From IMG/VR virus record IMGVR_UViG_3300034061_006011: DNA of 64,000 nucleotides, one strand, 5' to 3'. This DNA is from a virus (lineage: Duplodnaviria; Caudoviricetes). Positions 29,949 through 39,473 of this stretch are shown here, piece after piece. A program made the translations under genes and the position numbers. The notes beneath the pieces were generated by a model, which was not told the DNA's origin, searched no databases, and saw only the letters and a program-made list of their open reading frames with translations. Each line of letters starts with the position of its first letter. Position 1 is the first letter of the stretch.

Positions 29949-30347
29949 TCAGATTTCTTCAGCAGGTAGATCTGCGATACAGGATTGAGCTAATGAATCG
30001 CTTCCGTTGATCTGTTCAACGATATCTTTTATAGCTTGGGGTGCATCATTGATATTGTCAATAATGACACCAGCAGAGATGGTATCTTCTCCACTCCAAC
30101 CGGAGTAGAAAGATCCGTATACGACACATCGATCATCGCCATCCCTTTGACATTGGCGAACAGACACTTTCCATGTTCTGTTTGCCTGACATTCATACTC
30201 ATTGTCCCAATCTTTGGCTTGGGCAACTAATGTCCAAACCTTTTTGCTTACTTTGACAGGTGGACGGTCTGTCATTGTGATAGTAAGACTATCGTTCTTT
30301 ACTTCTGTCATTGTCGTTCTCGCATGGTTTGGTGATAGAATCGTCAC
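29949..30347 (-). CDS. Hypothetical protein, paralog of 28972
   Basis: SLTITMT...EYECQA...LPAEEI; start uncertain. Confidence 0.7.
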   Translation of the reverse strand: MTILSPNHARTTMTEVKNDSLTITMTDRPPVKVSKKVWTLVAQAKDWDNEYECQANRTWKVSVRQCQRDGDDRCVVYGSFYSGWSGEDTISAGVIIDNINDAPQAIKDIVEQINGSDSLAQSCIADLPAEEI

Positions 30348-30417
30348 CTGTCGATTGTCCGTCAGGGCACACTGATTGGGACTGGATTTAACCTGTGCCG
30401 GTGAATTGGTTGGCTTA

Positions 30418-30744
30418 TCAGACTGCGTTAAGCATCATCTTTGCCATTGTGGACAATTTCTGTTTGGCTTGGATCAAAGAATTCTCTAGGAATTCTTTGT
30501 TGTTTTGCAAGTCTTTAATATCATTTTTAAGTTTATGTTCTTCCTTTTTAAGTTGTATAATTTCTTTATTTAGGTCCATTTTGGACTGCATCATTTCCCA
30601 AAATGGGATTATGCACATATCATTTTGGATAGCGTTGACGATCATTGGCAATACATCTTTGAAGATATCTTGCAGATAACCGTCTGGAAGATTGCCACAA
30701 AAATTTGTAATCTTGTTAATTTCGTTTGACTTCTCAATATTCAT
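30418..30744 (-). CDS. Coiled-coil hypothetical protein
   Basis: SD-led, own promoter. Confidence 0.65.
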   Translation of the reverse strand: MNIEKSNEINKITNFCGNLPDGYLQDIFKDVLPMIVNAIQNDMCIIPFWEMMQSKMDLNKEIIQLKKEEHKLKNDIKDLQNNKEFLENSLIQAKQKLSTMAKMMLNAV

Positions 30745-30829
30745 CTTGATACTCCTTTGGGATTACGAGAGCAATCCATTTGCTTTCGTGAGTGTATTGT
30801 AACAGATCTTTTATGATTTGTCAAGGGAA

Positions 30830-31009
30830 TTATCCGTTGATATTGTTTTTGTTATGATCTAAGACATACCAATCGTGACGATTGGGGTAATCGTCGTTGA
30901 TTAGTTCTTCTGCAAAGGTCATAGCGTCTTTGTCATTATATGTTTCAAATTCGTCTACGATATCCCATTCCCCTGATTCCCGAACGAAGGCAACATGATA
31001 CTTTTTCAT
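30830..31009 (-). CDS. Hypothetical protein
   Basis: Start moved to MKKYHV. Confidence 0.5.
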   Translation of the reverse strand: MKKYHVAFVRESGEWDIVDEFETYNDKDAMTFAEELINDDYPNRHDWYVLDHNKNNING

Positions 31010-31010
31010 A

Positions 31011-31211
31011 TTATACTTTCTCAACAATGAACTTATTTTGGGCGAAATTATAGTGAAAGTATACTTTTTGGTTATGAAATAAGCCGATACCTGAAGTACC
31101 ATTAGTGGTACTGGAGAGAATTTTGAATTTAGGAATGTTTTGATACTTTGTATGAGGAACTGGTTCTTTTGTGTGATTGATACTTAGCAATTCTTCTAAC
31201 TGTGTGAGCAT
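31011..31211 (-). CDS. Hypothetical protein
   Basis: AGGAG-led. Confidence 0.55.
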   Translation of the reverse strand: MLTQLEELLSINHTKEPVPHTKYQNIPKFKILSSTTNGTSGIGLFHNQKVYFHYNFAQNKFIVEKV

Positions 31212-31265
31212 CTTATTCTCCTTAGTGCTTGCCAGCAGTTGTTGCTGGCAAGCGTGTTATAGGGA

Positions 31266-31472
31266 TTAGTTCCTTAGAAGCGGGAATGAAATGCCTCGGA
31301 TTACGAGTTTTCCGTCTTTTCTTCGGACAACTTTGGTTTGATTGTCCACTCGGAAAATTTCTGTTGCTTCGCCCAAGCGAGCGATAGCTGCTGGGAGTTG
31401 GGAATCTAATACTTTCTCCCACTCACCGGTTTGTGGGTTTACTGCGATGATTGGCTGATTGGGATTGTCCAC
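31266..31472 (-). CDS. Hypothetical protein
   Basis: GTG start after GGAG; runs into a downstream leader hairpin region. Confidence 0.45.
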   Translation of the reverse strand: MDNPNQPIIAVNPQTGEWEKVLDSQLPAAIARLGEATEIFRVDNQTKVVRRKDGKLVIRGISFPLLRN

Positions 31473-31599
31473 TTTTCTCTCCTTGTGTTTATCAGCAACA
31501 GTTGCTGATAAGTGTATTGTAACAGGGGTTAGGGGTTATTGTCAATAGTAAAAACCTAATACTCATGTTTTTTGTGCATAGGTATTAGGAAAGTATAAA

Positions 31600-31791
31600 T
31601 TATACTTGGTCAAGTCCTGCCGAGGAGCTTAATCGTTCCCTTAATTCAATAACCTCATTTTCGTGAATCGAACTATCCTCAAACACATACTCATCATCCT
31701 CACCATACAAATAATCATCAACATTAGAACTCAAGACGCTTAAGGCGAATTGAATAATCCTGTACTCTTTATCACTCAGAGTAATATTCAT
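31600..31791 (-). CDS. Hypothetical acidic protein
   Basis: Start moved to MNITLS. Confidence 0.6.
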   Translation of the reverse strand: MNITLSDKEYRIIQFALSVLSSNVDDYLYGEDDEYVFEDSSIHENEVIELRERLSSSAGLDQV

Positions 31792-31871
31792 GACACACTC
31801 CTTAGTGCTTGCCAGCAGTTGTTGCTGGCAAGCGTATTGTAACATATCGACGTTGATATGTCAAGTTTTGG

Positions 31872-32180
31872 TTAATCAGGTGTTATTACACTTCCGATAT
31901 CTGTTCGCACCTTTTCTTTTCTTCCATTTATTATAATAGTTTTATGTGGCATATTGTCACTGTCACAAGGTACGTTTTGATATAGACCTTTCTTAGCAAG
32001 GCTACCTAATATTCCTGCGAATGAATTAGGTGTAATGTTATGTTGTTTACATTCCTTTAATGTTTCTGGCAGACCAGTTTGACCATCAGACCCGTCAGGC
32101 TCGATACCAGAAGCGAAGATATTGGCAACAAGTGCCTTGTAGACGATCTCTTCTAACACTGTCAATTGTACATCTGCCAT
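31872..32180 (-). CDS. Possible winged-helix protein
   Basis: SFAGILGSLAKKGLY; SD-led. Confidence 0.5.
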   Translation of the reverse strand: MADVQLTVLEEIVYKALVANIFASGIEPDGSDGQTGLPETLKECKQHNITPNSFAGILGSLAKKGLYQNVPCDSDNMPHKTIIINGRKEKVRTDIGSVITPD

Positions 32181-32320
32181 GTCTGATTCTCCTTATTGTT
32201 TATCAGCAACTGTTGCTGATAAGTGTATTGTAACAGGGGTTAGGGGTTATTGTCAATAGTAAAAGCCTAATACCCATGTTTTTTGTGCATGGGTATTAGG
32301 AAAGTATAAATGGATATGTT

Positions 32321-32632
32321 TTAGACTGGTATAAGATATGTGAACACTTCGATGTGTGCCTGATTTTTTTCTATTGCTTCTTCTACTATTTGCAGTGCTT
32401 TTTGTTCATCGAACGATGGGAATTTAGTATTATCCATTCGGATTTTTTTATTTTTCACGTTAGTAATGGTGATATGTTGTCCGATTATTTTGTGATATTT
32501 TTCATTCATGATTATTCTTTCTGACTCTCTGTGGCAGATGAGTTTTTCGGAAGCATCATGATGAAAATAGTGGTAATTCCATCCATCTTTAATGATGCAG
32601 CAAGTGGTTGACGTTGGTGAAATAGTAACCAT
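32321..32632 (-). CDS. Hypothetical protein
   Basis: SD-led, own promoter. Confidence 0.6.
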   Translation of the reverse strand: MVTISPTSTTCCIIKDGWNYHYFHHDASEKLICHRESERIIMNEKYHKIIGQHITITNVKNKKIRMDNTKFPSFDEQKALQIVEEAIEKNQAHIEVFTYLIPV

Positions 32633-32715
32633 GTCTGATTCTCCTTATTGTTTATCAGCAATCCATTTGCTGACGGATGTATTGTAACAGGGGTTAGGGG
32701 TTATTGTCAAGGGGA

Positions 32716-32946
32716 TTACTGAATGCTATGTTTGTTATTCATTCTTATCTCCTTGATTATCTCTTGGAGAATAGGAATAAGTGCCATATTCCTGCATAGC
32801 ACTTGATTGTCTTCATCAAGTGCAGATTGTTTTTCAATTATTTCTTCTAAAAGTTTAATATCTTCCTTTCCTCCTAATACGGAAAGTGTAAGTACACTTT
32901 GAAGAATTTGCTGAATAGCAAATGTTGTTGATCTCATTAAGTTCAT
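32716..32946 (-). CDS. Hypothetical protein
   Basis: Start moved to MNLMRS. Confidence 0.55.
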   Translation of the reverse strand: MNLMRSTTFAIQQILQSVLTLSVLGGKEDIKLLEEIIEKQSALDEDNQVLCRNMALIPILQEIIKEIRMNNKHSIQ

Positions 32947-33082
32947 TTCATTACTCTCCTTGTTGTTTGTCAGCAAGCCATTTGCTGACGAATGTATTGT
33001 ATCATATCGCTGTTGATATGTCAAGTGATAAAAACCTAATACCCATGTTTTTTAGGCATGGGTATTAGGAAAGTATAATACT

Positions 33083-33517
33083 TCAGGCATCGCTGTCATA
33101 GTGTCCATTATCATCGGGATAAACATAATAATCAAAATCTGGTAATTCTCTCTCCTTTATTCTCTTTTCATAATGGTCAAATATTTTTTGTCCTATTTCA
33201 TTGGGGACCGGAATTTCATAATCGTCCTTAAACCTAATTACTACATTCTTGAGATACCTTTCGTCGTCACTGCATTCGGGGTTGCAGTCTTCTGGTTCTC
33301 CATAGATCCGTGCAGGTTCATAATATCCACTGCACATATATTCTATTGTTAAATCAAACTCTAAATTACCAACTAATGGTTTTAGATATTTATTTAACCA
33401 AATTGGTAAAAGTTCTCGTTCTATTTCTACAATATCTCCTCCGTGTGGGTCTGATCCACATTGTAATACCAGAAAATCTGGTATTTTATTCCAACTGACA
33501 GTTCTGGATCTGTTCAT
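33083..33517 (-). CDS. Hypothetical acidic protein
   Basis: Start moved to MNRSRT. Confidence 0.6.
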   Translation of the reverse strand: MNRSRTVSWNKIPDFLVLQCGSDPHGGDIVEIERELLPIWLNKYLKPLVGNLEFDLTIEYMCSGYYEPARIYGEPEDCNPECSDDERYLKNVVIRFKDDYEIPVPNEIGQKIFDHYEKRIKERELPDFDYYVYPDDNGHYDSDA

Positions 33518-33518
33518 T

Positions 33519-34037
33519 TCACACACTCCTTTTGATTTTGGCACCAGTCAAGTTGGCACCAGTCAAGTCAATGTCACTGTTGACACCAGTTAAGTCCAAG
33601 TTTGCATTAGTCAAATTTGCACCATTTAAGTTAGTAAACCTAAAGTAGGCACCAGTCAATTCGGCACCTCTTAGGTTGCAATTTGACAAGTCGGCTTTAC
33701 CTAAAACAGTGTCACTCAAGTCTGCATTAGTCAAATTTGCACCATTTAAATTAGCAAAACTCAAGTTTGCATTAGTCAAATTGGCACTTCTTAGGTTGCA
33801 ATTTGACAAGTTGGCACCAGTTAAGTTGGCACCAACCAAATCAGCATAACTCAAATTAGCGTTACTCAAATCAGCATCAAACAAATTGGCACCAGTCAAT
33901 TTGGTAAAACTCAAGTTAGCATTACGCAAATCAGCAAACTTCAAATTTTCATATGTCAGGTCAGACCTGTCTAAACTTTCATAATGTGTCTGGTTGACGT
34001 AGATGACATCACCATTAATGTTCTTAATCTCGATCAT
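33519..34037 (-). CDS. Pentapeptide repeat protein
   Basis: More than 25 A(D/N)LxX pentapeptides. Confidence 0.9.
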   Translation of the reverse strand: MIEIKNINGDVIYVNQTHYESLDRSDLTYENLKFADLRNANLSFTKLTGANLFDADLSNANLSYADLVGANLTGANLSNCNLRSANLTNANLSFANLNGANLTNADLSDTVLGKADLSNCNLRGAELTGAYFRFTNLNGANLTNANLDLTGVNSDIDLTGANLTGAKIKRSV

Positions 34038-34152
34038 TTCACACTCTCCTTTGGGTAAAACATGAAAAAAAGTATCTGGATTAGGGGAAGAAACCTAATA
34101 CCCATGTTTTTTATGCATGGGTATTAGGAATTCCTAAATGGATATGTGGATA

Positions 34153-34440
34153 TTAATCCCAACCATGGTCGTCACTTTCTTTAAGCTTGCGCTTACAAAC
34201 GGCACAAATGTAGTCATCGTCCTCATATGGGGGATGAACAACATCACCACCCCAACCATCGATTCCAAGCGGATCGCCGTTATAAGGTTTAAGTTCTTCG
34301 TCATAGAAGTGAGGATCGGACTTCAAATGTTTGTAACAGCGCATACAGACATCATATGTGCTGCTTCCACTCCCATATTTGTTATCAGGACTTTCGCACC
34401 ATTCATGGACATTTGAACCTGAATTATCAACGCGAGGCAT
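34153..34440 (-). CDS. Zn-binding hypothetical protein, copy 3 of a tandem triplet
   Basis: DVCMRCY...CAVC; GGAG-led MPRVDN. Confidence 0.7.
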   Translation of the reverse strand: MPRVDNSGSNVHEWCESPDNKYGSGSSTYDVCMRCYKHLKSDPHFYDEELKPYNGDPLGIDGWGGDVVHPPYEDDDYICAVCKRKLKESDDHGWD

Positions 34441-34498
34441 AAACTTACTCCTTTGTGTTTGCCAACAAACCATTTGCTGACTCATGTATTGTAGGGGG

Positions 34499-34828
34499 TT
34501 AGGGGTTATTGCCAAAAATATTGTAACCTAATACCCATGTTTTTTGTGCATGGTTGTCACTTCTTGTAAGCTTGCGCTTACAAACGGCACAAGTGTAGTC
34601 ATGGTCCTCATATGCAGGATGATGCTCATCACCACCCCAACCATCGATTCCAAGCGGATCACCGTTATAAGGTTTAAGTTCTTCGTCATAGAAGTGAGGA
34701 TCGGACTTCAAATGTTTGTAACACATCCTACAGACATCATTTGTGCTGGGTCCACTCCCATGTGGGTTATCATCAGGACTTTTGTACCATTCATCCACAT
34801 TTGAACCCATATTATAAATGCGAGGCAT
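34499..34828 (-). CDS. Copy 2 of the triplet, stop codon lost by deletion
   Basis: Near-identical core; reads into the terminator and next promoter. Confidence 0.65.
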   Translation of the reverse strand: MPRIYNMGSNVDEWYKSPDDNPHGSGPSTNDVCRMCYKHLKSDPHFYDEELKPYNGDPLGIDGWGGDEHHPAYEDHDYTCAVCKRKLTRSDNHAQKTWVLGYNIFGNNP

Positions 34829-34970
34829 AAACTTACTCCTTTGTGTTTGCCAACAAACCATTTGCTGACTCATGTATTGTAGGGGGTTAGGGGTTATTGT
34901 CAAGAGGGAAACCTAATACCCATGTTTTTTGTGCATGGGTATTAGGAATTCCTAAATGGATATGTGGATA

Positions 34971-35261
34971 TTACTCCCAACCATGATTGTCACTTCTTGT
35001 AAGCTTGCGCTTACAAACGGCACAAGTGAAGTCATCGTCCTCATATGCAGGATGATGCTCATCACCACCCCAACCATCGATTCCAAGCGGATCGCCGTTG
35101 TAAGGTTTAAGTTCTTCGTCATAGAAGTGAGGATCGGACTTCAAATGTTTGTAACAGCGCATACAGACATCATATGTGCTGGGTCCACTCCCATGTGGGT
35201 TATCATCAGGACTTTCGTACCATTCATCGACATTTGAACCTAAATTATAAATGCAAGGCAT
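34971..35261 (-). CDS. Copy 1 of the triplet
   Basis: Near-identical core; ends DNHGWE. Confidence 0.7.
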   Translation of the reverse strand: MPCIYNLGSNVDEWYESPDDNPHGSGPSTYDVCMRCYKHLKSDPHFYDEELKPYNGDPLGIDGWGGDEHHPAYEDDDFTCAVCKRKLTRSDNHGWE

Positions 35262-35265
35262 ATCA

Positions 35266-35448
35266 TTACTCCTTTATTGTGTGCAAAATTGGGTATAATG
35301 TAATTTCATCTTCTGTTGCTACGGGAGTTTCACCAGCAGCATTTACCAACCAGTACGCACCGGGACCATTTTCTGGTTGCCATTCAATTACCCAATGTGG
35401 TACTGCTGATCCCCAAAAAACCATGTCACCATGCTCATAACGTCTCAT
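35266..35448 (-). CDS. Hypothetical protein
   Basis: GGAG-led. Confidence 0.55.
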   Translation of the reverse strand: MRRYEHGDMVFWGSAVPHWVIEWQPENGPGAYWLVNAAGETPVATEDEITLYPILHTIKE

Positions 35449-35603
35449 ATCAAATACTCCTTAATAATAAAGCTTTAGTGCCCAATCGATTGCCAGCAAA
35501 CCATTTGCTGACAAATGTATTATAGGGGGTTAGGGGTCGTGGTGTCAAGTGATAAAAACCTAATAATCATGTTTTTTGTGCATGGGTATTAGGAAATCCT
35601 AAA

Positions 35604-36236
35604 TCACACTTGTTGTTGTGTAAGTCTTTCGATCATAATGTCGGTAATTTCTTTTACTAATATTTTTACAAATTCTTTTGATCTCATTATATCTTCTGCA
35701 ACAGCAAAAGTTGGTATTTCTGCTGCAATATCTTTAGAAGACAATCCTGCTACGATATCTTCTATAGAGATCTCTGCTGCGATATCAGCAAAAGATAATC
35801 CTTCTACAATGTCTTCTGTAGAGAATTCTGCTGCAATATCAGAAACACAGAATTTATCTGCGATATCTGAAGCAGAGAATTGTCCTGCTATTTTTTCTAC
35901 CATATCATCATTTTCGCTGATATCAGATGCAAGTTCAGCTAAAAAATCTGAGTTAGATAATTTTTCTGCAATTTTTTCAGCGATATCATCTTCGCTGAAA
36001 TTAGATGCAATTTCCGATGTGTCAATATGATTTGCCAACTTTTTAATATTAACATATGGAGCGACATCAGCCGCAGAGAATTTTTCTGCTATTTTTTCTG
36101 CTATTACCTCTTCTGAAATGACAATTTGATTAGCTAAATTATTGATATTCAATGCTTCTGCCAATTTGGCATAATCAATTTCTGGTGTTGTTACTGTTAC
36201 ATAAGAAGCAATTTTCTTAAAAATCCAATTAAACAT
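35604..36236 (-). CDS. Highly acidic short-repeat protein
   Basis: Repeated (F/I)Sx(S/A)DIA(A/E)E units. Confidence 0.7.
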   Translation of the reverse strand: MFNWIFKKIASYVTVTTPEIDYAKLAEALNINNLANQIVISEEVIAEKIAEKFSAADVAPYVNIKKLANHIDTSEIASNFSEDDIAEKIAEKLSNSDFLAELASDISENDDMVEKIAGQFSASDIADKFCVSDIAAEFSTEDIVEGLSFADIAAEISIEDIVAGLSSKDIAAEIPTFAVAEDIMRSKEFVKILVKEITDIMIERLTQQQV

Positions 36237-36314
36237 TATAATTCTCCTTAATCTGTCGCTGTTGGCGAAGTTGCTTAGGCGACAGGTGTATTATAAATTG
36301 ATCTGATCGCTGTG

Positions 36315-36545
36315 TCAATCAATTTCTTTGCACAATTCCAAGATTTTCACTTCTTCAGGGAGTAGATCCCATGTTGTTTCGATATAACCGTCTTCGGTTT
36401 TCTTGTTAAAAGTAACACGATAAGGTCTTGCCTTACCATCTACTCCGATATGATTGGGTCTTACAGTTGCCCAAGCATCTACTGGAATTGGATTACCATT
36501 CATGAAATTAACAACTGTAAATCTAACAGCAATTCTATTATTCAT
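36315..36545 (-). CDS. Hypothetical protein
   Basis: SD-led, own promoter. Confidence 0.6.
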   Translation of the reverse strand: MNNRIAVRFTVVNFMNGNPIPVDAWATVRPNHIGVDGKARPYRVTFNKKTEDGYIETTWDLLPEEVKILELCKEID

Positions 36546-36677
36546 AACATTCTCCTTAATGTTCGGCGAAGTTGCCGAGAGTGCATTGTAACAGGTATTG
36601 GTTGGTATGTCAATAGAAAAACCCTGCCAAATCGGCAGGGTTTATGGTTTGCTAATTATACTTTAGCAAGAATGGAA

Positions 36678-36866
36678 TTATTTTTTCTTTGGAAATAATT
36701 CCTCAAAATCATCTTTACTTATTTTATACTCATCTGACATATCATCATATGTGATGTCTACGCCTAGTAACTTGAAAAAATCAACGGGAAAATCTGGATC
36801 TTCCATGTTGTTTTTCACTAACTTATTGATAAGTCTTTCCATGTCTGACGCATTGATATTCTTCAT
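36678..36866 (-). CDS. Hypothetical protein
   Basis: Coupled to the upstream stop. Confidence 0.55.
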   Translation of the reverse strand: MKNINASDMERLINKLVKNNMEDPDFPVDFFKLLGVDITYDDMSDEYKISKDDFEELFPKKK

Positions 36867-37189
36867 TATACTTCCTCCTCTACAGATTCTTGGTTAAAGA
36901 CAGTACCATTCTCTTGAACATATCCTTCAGCCAATTCTTGCCAATTAACTTCCGACAGGGTAGCGTTGATAAGGTCATTGAGGAAACAATTGGTTATATC
37001 TTTACCATTTTCATCTTTGATCATGTTTTCTTCGACAAAATTTTTGATATCTTTTGCCAATTCGTACTGATTCCTTGCATTATTAGCAAGATTTTGTACT
37101 TCACGTTCATAATGTTGTTCATTATCAATATGAAGAGAGACAAGCCAAGTCTCGTAGTTGTAATGACCGTTATATTCCTTATTGTTCAT
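36866..37189 (-). CDS. Conserved phage hypothetical protein (YNG..NYETW family)
   Basis: YNGHYNYETWLVSLHIDNE...VNWQELAE. Confidence 0.65.
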   Translation of the reverse strand: MNNKEYNGHYNYETWLVSLHIDNEQHYEREVQNLANNARNQYELAKDIKNFVEENMIKDENGKDITNCFLNDLINATLSEVNWQELAEGYVQENGTVFNQESVEEEV

Positions 37190-37216
37190 TTCAATTCTCC
37201 TTATTGTGATTGAAGA

Positions 37217-37450
37217 TCAAGAAAATTGCCTTGCCAGTACAGGTTTTTTGCTGGAAGGCATAAAAAGACGTTTTTTGTGTCCATTGCCTACGTTAATGGC
37301 ACGATAGTACATTACTGCGGAAATGAATTTGCCTTTAAATTTACTTATTGTTTTGTAACTACTTTTTCCATGTCCAATTTGGATAAGGAATTCTGTTTCG
37401 TTAGTATATGCGATGTTTTTACCATCAATTTCCGAGATATACGTTTCCAT
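37217..37450 (-). CDS. Conserved phage hypothetical protein
   Basis: YRAINVGNGHKKRL. Confidence 0.6.
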   Translation of the reverse strand: METYISEIDGKNIAYTNETEFLIQIGHGKSSYKTISKFKGKFISAVMYYRAINVGNGHKKRLFMPSSKKPVLARQFS

Positions 37451-37556
37451 GTCATTCTCCTTAATGTTCGGCGAAGTTGCCGAGAGTGTATTGTAACGGG
37501 TATTGGTTTTTGTGTCAATAGGAAACCCTAATTTTTTAGGGTTTATGGTTTGTCAA

Positions 37557-37835
37557 TTATTCTTCGACTGGTGCGAAGAATTGTGCTAGTTGTTTTTCTA
37601 ATGCCCTAACATCACCATTTTCTCCGAATGTCTTTCGGATTAGGTATGTTCGGCAGTCGTGAAATCGTTTTCTTTCCTTAGTGGATACACCTTGTCCGCT
37701 TATGGTGTATTGATCGAATGATTCTTGTAGAGATTGCATTTCTACTACAAGTTCTTCGTGTGTCATCTCTTCTGGTCTATATGGGACCAGCGAGTAGAAG
37801 AAATTTGGAATTGTATCTGGTTGTAATCGTACCAT
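37557..37835 (-). CDS. Hypothetical protein
   Basis: SD-led. Confidence 0.55.
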   Translation of the reverse strand: MVRLQPDTIPNFFYSLVPYRPEEMTHEELVVEMQSLQESFDQYTISGQGVSTKERKRFHDCRTYLIRKTFGENGDVRALEKQLAQFFAPVEE

Positions 37836-37991
37836 TAGTAGCTCCCTACTTCTGTTAAATTACCTTTAGCCAGAGCAATGGCTGTTTTACAAAGTAGTTC
37901 TAATTGGTCTGTATCAAAGTAATTATTTGTGTCTGGATTTACAATGAGCCTATTCATTTCTTCTAGTATTTGAATAAGAGTCTTGTTCACT

Positions 37992-38189
37992 TCACGATCT
38001 AACATGTCCATATTTAGACTCCTGACATTCTGAGCATTTGAAACGATCTTTGTACGCCGAAATGATAACTTTACCTGAGATATCTCTGATATCTTCTTGT
38101 GGTTGATTTTCCCAATCTTTAAAATCTACGATATTAGTTCTTATGCATTTGCAAGCGTATTTTACTCTTATAATTCTCATGTCATTCAT
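37992..38189 (-). CDS. Small Zn-ribbon-like protein
   Basis: CKC...CSEC. Confidence 0.5.
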   Translation of the reverse strand: MNDMRIIRVKYACKCIRTNIVDFKDWENQPQEDIRDISGKVIISAYKDRFKCSECQESKYGHVRS

Positions 38190-38370
38190 TTTCCATCTCC
38201 TTTCCTTGGATAGACCAGTTGCCTATTTTGTTTCCATTAGCATCGAGTATGCCGTTGGACAGGGAGTTGTTTACTTGGCTAGCGATTTTTCGTAAAATCC
38301 TAGCTGTTTCCTGTTGTGGATCATCTGTGAAGGCATCGTTGTCCATATCAAAAGTACAAGTAAAACGCAT
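38182..38370 (-). CDS. Conserved phage hypothetical protein
   Basis: DMDNDAF...ARILRKIA...DANGNKIG. Confidence 0.65.
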   Translation of the reverse strand: MRFTCTFDMDNDAFTDDPQQETARILRKIASQVNNSLSNGILDANGNKIGNWSIQGKEMENE

Positions 38371-38419
38371 TCCATTGCTCCTTGTGGTTAAGTTACTGTA
38401 ACATATCGTTGTTGATATG

Positions 38420-38668
38420 TCAAGTTTCTTCTATTTCACCGATACAATCGTCTGAGAAGAAGTCAATTTTTTCTAAGTTTTTGTAATCATATTCTGGAAT
38501 TATAACAACCATATCGACGCTGACGACATCTTTATATGGTCCGCTTAGTGGTTTATTGTTATGGTCAATAAATTGATCATTAACAATAAATTTATGTTCG
38601 ATTAGTTGTTTTACAACATAGTTAAATGATTCTCTCTTGTTGTAATGAATCATACCTTTGTATGCCAT
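38420..38668 (-). CDS. Hypothetical protein
   Basis: Start moved to MAYKGM. Confidence 0.45.
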   Translation of the reverse strand: MAYKGMIHYNKRESFNYVVKQLIEHKFIVNDQFIDHNNKPLSGPYKDVVSVDMVVIIPEYDYKNLEKIDFFSDDCIGEIEET

Positions 38669-38672
38669 TTTG

Positions 38673-38909
38673 TTAATCCCTATAAGCGTTGATGATGTAA
38701 TATGACCTTGTTTGATCTTTCTTAGGGAAAGAAGAAGCAGAAATAGTTTGACTAAATGAACCGCCAAAGATAGCGGAATGGGAATAATCTACTAATTTAC
38801 TTTGAAGTTCGTTTGGAATATCTTTATCTGTTGATACAAGGTCTTGAGTTGTATCGTTATTAGAATTAAGTCTTTCTTCAAATCGTGGGTCGAAATCTTT
38901 GATATCCAT
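38673..38909 (-). CDS. Hypothetical protein
   Basis: SD-led, own promoter. Confidence 0.5.
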   Translation of the reverse strand: MDIKDFDPRFEERLNSNNDTTQDLVSTDKDIPNELQSKLVDYSHSAIFGGSFSQTISASSFPKKDQTRSYYIINAYRD

Positions 38910-39055
38910 TGTTATACTCCATTGGTTAGGTGGTATACATTACCGCCATGGGTTTATTGTATATGGTTTTTGGTTCTATGTCAAGGTTTTTTTGTTGATG
39001 TGTAAAATTCCCCTATGTTTTGGCATAGGGGAATTATGTTTTTGCAAGAATGTTT

Positions 39056-39226
39056 TTATATTTTTGCTTGAAATTGTTGGAATGTTAAGTGAGTTAATCC
39101 GCTTCCTAGTATTCCGAGTATTAGTGCTAGGAAGATGCTATTAAATTCTGTGTAGACTATAACAGCTAACAGTGTAAAGACTGTTAGTTTTGTTAATTCT
39201 GTTATTATGTTTAAGTTATTTAGCAT
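39056..39226 (-). CDS. Small two-helix membrane protein
   Basis: Two hydrophobic segments. Confidence 0.5.
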   Translation of the reverse strand: MLNNLNIITELTKLTVFTLLAVIVYTEFNSIFLALILGILGSGLTHLTFQQFQAKI

Positions 39227-39473
39227 TTTGTTTGCTCTTGTATACTGAATAAGACTGATCAACGAGTTGGTTAAGTTTTTTTGAATCTAATTTTTTGTTA
39301 GGTCTCATTAGTGGTGGTAATTTCTTACCAGTTTTATCTGATATGCTTTTCTTCTTATTCATAATGCTTGCATATGTCAATTTCAATCTTTTTGACAGTT
39401 GCAATATAGTCAATCTTTTATCGATTGCTTGGATATAGGCTTTAATAAACTTCACGTCATCGATCATCGTCAA
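39216..39473 (-). CDS. Basic HTH-like protein
   Basis: LTILQLSKRLKLTYASI. Confidence 0.5.
   Translation of the reverse strand: MTMIDDVKFIKAYIQAIDKRLTILQLSKRLKLTYASIMNKKKSISDKTGKKLPPLMRPNKKLDSKKLNQLVDQSYSVYKSKQNAK

Larger units (their letters stand above)
31555..35593 (-). terminator. Six copies of terminator CCTAATACCCATG-loop-CATGGGTATTAGG abutting the next -35
   Basis: Copies at about 31555, 32267, 33035, 34095, 34912 and 35559; half copy at 34526. Confidence 0.8.
23988..37485 (-). promoter_or_regulatory. About 22 leader hairpins between -10 and SD (GCAA-loop-TTGC and GGCAACTTCGCC types)
   Basis: Type A at about 23988, 24852, 25250, 28127, 28800, 30766, 31227, 31487, 31806, 32194, 32653, 32966, 34459, 34849, 35491; type B at about 26765, 27118, 27540, 36559, 37467; broken copies at about 29577 and 36262. 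Confidence 0.8.

Noticed and set aside
23968-34903. ORF-track N-terminal extensions (e.g. MLSNQWSIK, MATSPY, MAITPNPLQY)
   Set aside because: They are translations of promoter and leader DNA; SD-supported starts lie downstream
31525-35540. GGGGTTAGGGGTT as telomere-like or G-quadruplex DNA
   Set aside because: Only two G-runs per site; it is the -35/-10 spacer of a duplicated promoter
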